This document shows positions 37,996 through 43,680 of a stretch of DNA of 43,680 bases, piece after piece (the first letter of the stretch is position 1; each line of letters starts with the position of its first letter). Made by a program: the position numbers and the translations under genes. Under the pieces are notes generated by a model. It did no database searches and was not told the DNA's origin. It was given only the letters and a program-made list of their open reading frames with translations. Source of the DNA: an uncultured Muribaculaceae bacterium (GTDB lineage: Bacteria > Bacillota_I > Bacilli_A > RF39 > UBA660). The stretch spans positions 11,140 to 54,819 of the forward strand of contig CAYTSC010000002.1 of the NCBI GenBank assembly GCA_964440475.1. The letters run 5' to 3'.

Positions 37996-38869
37996 TAGAA
38001 AAGCACTTGGAAAAGGATTAGATCAATTATTCGGTGGCGAGACGTTTGATTTTAATCAACTAGAAAAAAACATAGTAGAAAGTGCTAATAAAAATGATAT
38101 TTTAGAAATTAACTTAGATGAAATACGAAGCAATCCATATCAACCAAGAAAACACTTCGATGAAAAATCATTAAATGAATTGGCCGAATCTATTAAGGAA
38201 AATGGTCTAATTCAACCAATTATTGTTAAAAAAAGTATAAAAGGCTACGAACTGATAGCTGGCGAAAGAAGAGTAAGGGCATCAAAAATAGCTGGTTTAA
38301 ATAAAATTTCTGCTATAGTTCGTGATTTTACTGATGAAGAAATGATGGAACTAGCGGTGCTAGAAAATGTTCAAAGAGAAGATTTATCACCAATAGAAGA
38401 AGCAGAAGGATATTTTAGAATAATCAATAAAACAAATATTACCCAGGAAGAGTTAGCAAAAAAAGTGAGTAAAAATAGGACTCATATAACAAATATGCTC
38501 GGTTTATTAAGATTACCTTTAACTGTTAGAAATCAAGTTAACAATAAAGAATTATCGATGAGCCATGCTAGAATATTAAGTAAATTATCTGATGAAAATC
38601 AAATAGTTAATTTAGCAAATAAAGTAGTTAAAGAAAATTTATCTGTTCATGAATTAGAAAATTTAAGTAAAGGCGATAATTTTGAACGCGTGGTAAAAAT
38701 TTCTAGAAAACCAAATTTACCGGCAGAGTATATGGTTTTTCAAAGTATGCTAAGAGAAAAATTTGGACTTAAAGTAAATATAAAAAGCAATAAAATAGAA
38801 ATACCATTTAACACCAAAGAGGAGTTAGCATCAATCTTAAAAACTATTGATGTGGATGCAGATGAATAA
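37985..38869 (+). CDS. parB: chromosome partitioning protein ParB/Spo0J
   Basis: N-terminal ALGKGLDQLF, CTPase box IAGERRVRAS, HTH KNRTHITNMLGLLRLP, and LSMSHARIL. ATG 37985 is preferred over TTG 37976. Confidence 0.93.
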   Translation: MENNRKALGKGLDQLFGGETFDFNQLEKNIVESANKNDILEINLDEIRSNPYQPRKHFDEKSLNELAESIKENGLIQPIIVKKSIKGYELIAGERRVRASKIAGLNKISAIVRDFTDEEMMELAVLENVQREDLSPIEEAEGYFRIINKTNITQEELAKKVSKNRTHITNMLGLLRLPLTVRNQVNNKELSMSHARILSKLSDENQIVNLANKVVKENLSVHELENLSKGDNFERVVKISRKPNLPAEYMVFQSMLREKFGLKVNIKSNKIEIPFNTKEELASILKTIDVDADE

Positions 38870-39062
38870 TCCATATAAAATAAATGATGAAGTAATAATG
38901 AAAAAAGAACATGCTTGCGGGGTAAATCATTGGCAAATAACAAGAGTAGGTTTGGACATAAAATTGAAATGTTTAAATTGTAAACGAGAAGTAATGATGG
39001 AAAGACTTAAGTTTGAAAAAAAACTAAAAAAAGTTGTAGGAGATCATAATGATAAGAAGTAG
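38862..39062 (+). CDS. DUF951 family small protein (YyzM-like)
   Basis: About 66 aa with MKKEHACGVNHWQITRVGLDIKLKCLNCKREVMMERLKFEKKLKKV (CxxxxxW...CxxC pattern). The start is uncertain (38847-38862). Overlaps the parB stop. Confidence 0.7.
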   Translation: MNNPYKINDEVIMKKEHACGVNHWQITRVGLDIKLKCLNCKREVMMERLKFEKKLKKVVGDHNDKK

Positions 39063-40587
39063 TTTAAAAGATAAAATTAAATTACACCCAGTAATGAGCT
39101 TTATTTTATTAGTGGTTGCAACAATAGTGCTTAGTGGTATTCTAGGCTATTTTGATGTGGGTTCAACATATTTAAAGGCAAATCCCGTAACTGAAACGTA
39201 TGAAACTGTTTCTGTAAATGTAGACTCTTTATTTAATCTAGCTGGAATAAAATATGTTTTCAGTAAAACGGTTACAAATTTTGTTAACTTTGCCCCTTTA
39301 AGTATGTTAATAATTACATTATTGGGAATAGGGATAATGGAAAAAAGTGGTTTCTTGCAAGCCTTTTTTACTCTTATTACAAAATTTTCAAATAAAAACA
39401 GAGTAACGTTTTTCTTAATATTTAATTCTATTGTCGCGACAATATGTGGAGAAGTTATTGTAGTAATGATGTTACCAATAGCGGCCCTTTTGTTTAAATA
39501 CGGAAGAAGGAATCCTGCTGGAGGTATAATTGCTTCTTTTGCCGGTATTACATCTGGAATAGGCGCTAATATACTACTTAATTCAGTTGATACGTCTTTG
39601 ATTGAATTTACAGAAGTAAGTGCTAGTTTATTAGATAAAAACTATTCCATAGGAGTATTTAGTTTTTTATTTATTTCAATAGCAGCAGTTTTTTTACTAA
39701 GTTTTGCGTTAACGATAGTTACAGAAAAATATGTAATTCCAAGACTAGATAAATACGAACCAGAGGAAGGATTAGAAGAATACACTCTGGGTAAAAGAGA
39801 ATTAAGAGGACTGGTTATTGGCCTTGGAATGGGTGTCATATATTTATTATTCTTTGCTTATAATATCATACCTGGATTGCCATTATCAGGGAATTTATTA
39901 GACTATTCACAAACTCTATATATTGATAAGTTATTTGGTTATAATTCTTTTTTCTCATCTGGATTTATATTTGTTATAACTATGTTGTTTGTTATTTTAG
40001 GCTTATTTTATGGTATAGGCGCTAAGACAATCAAAAACAATAAAAACTTTAGCGATTTCTTAAGTCATTCATTAAATAAATCAGGAAAAATTTTAGTATT
40101 AATTTTTACTGCTTCTGTATTTATTAGTGTATTTAAAAGAACATATTTAGGTAATGTTATCGCTGCATCGTTGGTTAATATAATAGTAAATTCAAATTTT
40201 GGAGGAATAATTTTAGTTTTTGTATTCTTCCTTATATCGGCAATAGCGACGATTTTTTTGCCACAGACAGTATTAAGGTGGTCAATATTTTCTGGAATAT
40301 CGACAAGGGTATTTATGGATGCTGGTATGACGCCAGAGTTTGCTCAATTAATATTTAGAGCTGGAGAATCAGTTGCATTGGGTTTAACACCATTATTTGC
40401 ATATTTTATAGTATACTTAGGATTTTTAAAACAATATAATCATGAAGACAAAACAATGACAATATCTGATGGAATAAAATATATGATTCCATACAGCGTT
40501 GTTACAGCAATAATTTGGTTAATATTAATAATCATATGGTATACAATTGGTATTCCTTTAGGCTTTGCAGCCTCACCATTTATGTAG
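39049..40587 (+). CDS. abgT: AbgT family transporter (p-aminobenzoyl-glutamate transporter family)
   Basis: 512-aa polytopic protein. Blocks NFVNFAPLSMLIITLLGIGIMEKSGF, GRRNPAGGIIASFAGITSGIGANILL and PEFAQLIFRAGESVALGLTP parallel E. coli AbgT as I recall it. Confidence 0.85.
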   Translation: MIRSSLKDKIKLHPVMSFILLVVATIVLSGILGYFDVGSTYLKANPVTETYETVSVNVDSLFNLAGIKYVFSKTVTNFVNFAPLSMLIITLLGIGIMEKSGFLQAFFTLITKFSNKNRVTFFLIFNSIVATICGEVIVVMMLPIAALLFKYGRRNPAGGIIASFAGITSGIGANILLNSVDTSLIEFTEVSASLLDKNYSIGVFSFLFISIAAVFLLSFALTIVTEKYVIPRLDKYEPEEGLEEYTLGKRELRGLVIGLGMGVIYLLFFAYNIIPGLPLSGNLLDYSQTLYIDKLFGYNSFFSSGFIFVITMLFVILGLFYGIGAKTIKNNKNFSDFLSHSLNKSGKILVLIFTASVFISVFKRTYLGNVIAASLVNIIVNSNFGGIILVFVFFLISAIATIFLPQTVLRWSIFSGISTRVFMDAGMTPEFAQLIFRAGESVALGLTPLFAYFIVYLGFLKQYNHEDKTMTISDGIKYMIPYSVVTAIIWLILIIIWYTIGIPLGFAASPFM

Positions 40588-40600
40588 AAAGCGAGATATT

Positions 40601-41701
40601 ATGGCATTAAAAGCAGGCATTGTTGGATTGCCTAATGTTGGAAAATCCACTTTATTCAATGCAATTACAAAGAAAAATATTTTAGCAGCAAACTATCCAT
40701 TTGCAACAATAGATCCGAATATTGGAGTTGTGACTGTTCCTGATTCAAGATTGGAATTTTTAGAAGAATTATATCTTCCTGAATCAGTTGTTCCAACGAC
40801 ATATGAATTTACTGATATTGCCGGTTTAGTAAAAGGTGCATCTCAAGGTGAAGGATTAGGAAACAAATTTTTATCACACATTAGAGAAGTGGATTCAATT
40901 GTTGAAGTAGTTAGATGTTTTGATGATCCGGGAATTATACACGTCTCAAATGTTGTTAATCCTATAGAAGATATAGAAATAATAAATGTTGAATTAATTA
41001 TTTCTGATTTAGATATAGCTGAAAATAGGGTAAGTCGTATTAGTAAAAAAGCAGTTATGACCAAAGATAAACAAGAATTATTTGAATTATCCTTACTCGA
41101 AAAATGCATTGAAAATCTTAAACAAAATACTCCGTTAAGAAGAGTAGATTTTTCTGAAGAAGAATTATTTGTTTTAAAACCATTTCATTTTATTACATTA
41201 AAACCTATTATTTATTTAGCGAATGTGGATGAAGATAGCGCAATAGTTGGTCACAATGAATATACAAGACAGGTAGAAGAGTATGCAGAAAATGAAAATG
41301 CAAGTGTAATTGTTATGTCAGCTAAAATAGAAAGTGAATTAGCAGAGTTATCAGATGATGATCGAAAAGTATTCTTAAATGATTTAGGCATAAAAAATAG
41401 TGGTTTAGATAAACTAATATTTGCTACATATGAACTATTAGGTTTAGAAACTTTTTTTACAGCAGGTAAGGACGAGTGTCGTGCTTGGACATTTGAAAAA
41501 GGAATGAAAGCGCCAGAGTGTGCCGGAATTATCCATAGTGATTTCCAAAGAGGGTTCATCAAAGCTGAAATCATGAGCTTTACTGACCTTGAAAAATATG
41601 GATCAGAATTAAAAGTTAAAGAAGCCGGAAGAATGCGTCTAGAAGGAAAAGAGTATTTAATGCAAGATGGTGATATCTGTTACTTTAGGTTTAACGTTTA
41701 A
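40601..41701 (+). CDS. ychF: redox-regulated ATPase YchF
   Basis: MALKAGIVGLPNVGKSTLFNA N-terminus, DIAGLVKGAS, and C-terminal TGS-like DGDICYFRFNV. The ORF opens at 40565, but ATG 40601 gives the canonical start. Confidence 0.95.
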   Translation: MALKAGIVGLPNVGKSTLFNAITKKNILAANYPFATIDPNIGVVTVPDSRLEFLEELYLPESVVPTTYEFTDIAGLVKGASQGEGLGNKFLSHIREVDSIVEVVRCFDDPGIIHVSNVVNPIEDIEIINVELIISDLDIAENRVSRISKKAVMTKDKQELFELSLLEKCIENLKQNTPLRRVDFSEEELFVLKPFHFITLKPIIYLANVDEDSAIVGHNEYTRQVEEYAENENASVIVMSAKIESELAELSDDDRKVFLNDLGIKNSGLDKLIFATYELLGLETFFTAGKDECRAWTFEKGMKAPECAGIIHSDFQRGFIKAEIMSFTDLEKYGSELKVKEAGRMRLEGKEYLMQDGDICYFRFNV

Positions 41702-41718
41702 GGGAGATGATTTAAAAT

Positions 41719-42375
41719 ATGAAATTATACTTATCTTCTTATAAAATAGGAAACAAAGCATATGAGCTGACAAAATGGTTAGAAGAAAATGATAATAAAA
41801 TTTACTTAATTGCAAACTCTAGGGATGTGTTTCCTGATGGAGAAAGAAAAATAAGAGGTATTCAAAGCGATATTCAAGAGTTAGAAGAATTGGGCTTCCA
41901 AGTTGAAATATTGGATTTAAGAAAATATTTTGGTAAACAAGGCGAACTAAGAGAGTTATTTAAAAAAGTAAGGGCTTTTTATGTAATTGGTGGTAATACT
42001 TTTGTTTTAAGAAAAGCAATGTTTTTGAGTGGTTTTGATGAAATTTTAAAAGAGTTTTCAGATAATCCTAATTATCTATATGCAGGTTATAGTGCAGGAG
42101 TTTGTTTATTATCCAAAAGATTGGAAGCTGTAGCAATTATGGATGAGCCAGACCTAGATCCCTATGAAAGTGATTTGCCGCCAATTTATGATGGAATTGG
42201 TTTCTTTGATGAAGCGATTATCCCACATTATAGATCAAATCATAGGGAAACATCGTTAGCTGAAGAAGCAGTTATTTTTTGTTCTAATAACAATTTACCT
42301 TATATTGCCATGCAAGATGGTGATGTGATTATAAGAGACTTAACTAATTGCAAAGAACAGCAAGTTACTAAATAA
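41719..42375 (+). CDS. peptidase S51 (dipeptidase E-like) family protein
   Basis: 218 aa with VIGGNTFVL and the nucleophile-elbow-like GYSAGV. Confidence 0.7.
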   Translation: MKLYLSSYKIGNKAYELTKWLEENDNKIYLIANSRDVFPDGERKIRGIQSDIQELEELGFQVEILDLRKYFGKQGELRELFKKVRAFYVIGGNTFVLRKAMFLSGFDEILKEFSDNPNYLYAGYSAGVCLLSKRLEAVAIMDEPDLDPYESDLPPIYDGIGFFDEAIIPHYRSNHRETSLAEEAVIFCSNNNLPYIAMQDGDVIIRDLTNCKEQQVTK

Positions 42376-42431
42376 TATACCTTTACTTATTTACAAAACG
42401 TGCTAATATATGCTCTCAAGGAGATGATATT

Positions 42432-42929
42432 ATGGAAAAAAATGGTCAAATATTTTTAGAAAATTTACAATTAATAAAAGATTATTATTATATTTTGTTA
42501 AGAAATATTGAAAAAACAGAGGGAATATATAATATTGTTTTTGCAGAAAGATTAGTTGAGTTTATTGCTCCAAACAGGAAAATAGATTATGAGTTATTAT
42601 GCACTATATATTCCGATATAGAGTATGTCAGCGAGTTGATAAGAGTGTACCTAACAATGAGTGATGAAGAAAAGAAGCTTACAACTAATAGATTAGGCGA
42701 GGAAGTAAACCGTAAAGCGACTGCTATGACTGAGTATTTAACATTCTTGCAATATAATTTGAAAAAAGCAATTTTAGGTAATTATACTCCTTTTCATTTT
42801 GGTAGTGATGATTTGATAATTGAAAAAGAACCTAAAGAAAAATTAAGGGCAATTGAAAAAGTAGTTGAGACTTTTGTTAATAATGCTGATTCTTACCAAG
42901 GAGAAAGTTATATATTGAAAAATAAATAA
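42432..42929 (+). CDS. hypothetical protein
   Basis: 165-aa ORF with a good SD (AAGGAG). Predicted soluble and helical. No motif recognised. Confidence 0.6.
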   Translation: MEKNGQIFLENLQLIKDYYYILLRNIEKTEGIYNIVFAERLVEFIAPNRKIDYELLCTIYSDIEYVSELIRVYLTMSDEEKKLTTNRLGEEVNRKATAMTEYLTFLQYNLKKAILGNYTPFHFGSDDLIIEKEPKEKLRAIEKVVETFVNNADSYQGESYILKNK

Positions 42930-42934
42930 AAAAA

Positions 42935-42963
42935 TTGTATTAAAAAAAATGATGTGTTATAAT
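42935..42963 (+). promoter_or_regulatory. sigma-A promoter of rpsF-ssb
   Basis: TTGTAT (42935-42940), 17-nt spacer, extended -10 TGTTATAAT (42955-42963). Confidence 0.55.
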
Positions 42964-43026
42964 ACCAATGAGCGAAAAGCTCCTTGCTTTTTTTATAAAG
43001 CCGAATAGACCGTAAGGAGGTGTAGT

Positions 43027-43317
43027 ATGAACAATTATGAAATTATGTTCATTGTTAAGTCGACAATTGAAAAAGACGAAGTCGATAAAATCGCAAATTA
43101 CCTGAAAGGTATAATTACCGATTTTAAAGGAAAAGTCGAAACTTTTAAAGAACTTGGCCAAAAACAATTAGCATATCCAATTAAGAAAGAAGTTAATGGA
43201 TATTATTTTGTTATGAGTTTAAGTGCAAGTGCAGAAGCAATTGCTGAGTTCGATCGTAGAGCCGCTATTGAAGAAAACTTAATTAGACATTTAATAATCA
43301 ATTTAGATAAGGAGTAA
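43027..43317 (+). CDS. rpsF: 30S ribosomal protein S6
   Basis: [19 protein letters not shown]... is a canonical S6 N-terminus. Followed by ssb. Confidence 0.96.
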   Translation: MNNYEIMFIVKSTIEKDEVDKIANYLKGIITDFKGKVETFKELGQKQLAYPIKKEVNGYYFVMSLSASAEAIAEFDRRAAIEENLIRHLIINLDKE

Positions 43318-43321
43318 GAAT

Positions 43322-43680
43322 ATGAATAAAAGCATTATTGTTGGAAGATTAACAAAAGATCCAGAATTAAGAACAACCGCTAACGGAGTGCCAAGTGTTA
43401 ACTTCACTGTGGCAGTAAATCGTACTTTTACTAATCAAAGTGGTGAAAGAGAAGCGGACTTTATCAATTGTGTTGCTTGGAGATCTACAGCTGATTTTCT
43501 AGGTGCTTATTGTAAAAAAGGTGCTTTAGTTGGTGTTGAAGGAAAAATTCAAACTCGTAACTATGATGGTAGTGATGGAAAAAGAGTTTATGTTACAGAG
43601 GTTCTTTGTGACAGTGTCCAATTATTAGAATCTCGTAATGCTTCTACAAGTCGTATGAATGAAGATACAATGCAATTTTC
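43322..43680 (+). CDS. ssb: single-stranded DNA-binding protein (5' part; continues beyond the window)
   Basis: Not in the ORF track because it is open at the window edge. ATG 43322 gives [36 protein letters not shown]...[10 protein letters not shown], an OB fold. Confidence 0.93.
   Translation, partial: MNKSIIVGRLTKDPELRTTANGVPSVNFTVAVNRTFTNQSGEREADFINCVAWRSTADFLGAYCKKGALVGVEGKIQTRNYDGSDGKRVYVTEVLCDSVQLLESRNASTSRMNEDTMQF

Noticed and set aside
1-43680. Scan for CRISPR arrays, tRNA/rRNA genes, IS elements, integrases, toxin-antitoxin pairs or defence-system signatures.
   Set aside because: No spaced direct-repeat arrays, cloverleaf-like GC-rich segments, transposase or recombinase ORFs, or small paired ORFs were seen. 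Apart from three or four genes, the window is core housekeeping content.

Overview
This is a strongly AT-rich, origin-proximal chromosome segment from a streamlined low-GC Bacillota-type genome. It uses the standard genetic code: TGA is a stop at the ATGA junctions of recF/gyrB and ecfT/truA and at the end of holB. All calls were made by eye from the sequence and ORF track; no searches were run.

Gene content:
- Minus strand, left of dnaA: rnpA-yidC-jag-mnmE-mnmG, with mnmG running off the window edge.
- Plus strand: dnaA-dnaN-comK-like-recF-gyrB-gyrA, then a small SRP RNA, tadA-dnaX-ybaB-recR-holB-ricT-pth-mfd-tatD, a 3D-domain gene, rsmA, spoVG, divIC/ftsB, nrdDG, ecfA1-ecfA2-ecfT-truA, a broken repeat-motif gene, rplM-rpsI, tilS-ftsH, parA-parB-DUF951-abgT-ychF, an S51 peptidase, a hypothetical gene, and rpsF-ssb (ssb partial).
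- I found no tRNA, rRNA, CRISPR, IS or prophage, and no recognisable defence island. Almost all genes are housekeeping.

Most notable observations:
1. An 82-bp intergenic cluster between gyrA and the SRP RNA gene has two exact copies of the B. subtilis-type Noc-binding palindrome (TATTTCCCGGGAAATA) flanking a parS palindrome (TGTTACACGTGTAACA). A second identical parS lies in frame inside tadA. Only one ParB-family gene is in the window, and it reads ParB-like.
2. A gene inserted into the conserved truA-rplM junction carries a six-fold repeated motif. It is interrupted by a frameshift at an A6 run and by one in-frame TAA.
3. Both ECF-transporter ATPase genes are intact but have degenerate catalytic motifs.
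4. A ComK-family gene with phased 10-bp A-tract repeats upstream sits where yaaA normally lies, between dnaN and recF.
5. Neither flank of dnaA has canonical DnaA boxes. Both carry TGTT-core repeats instead, and rpmH is missing.
6. The parAB-to-ssb block lies on the dnaA side of the origin.

I see no convincing multi-gene novel system; the NBS/parS composite locus is the best candidate for something undescribed.
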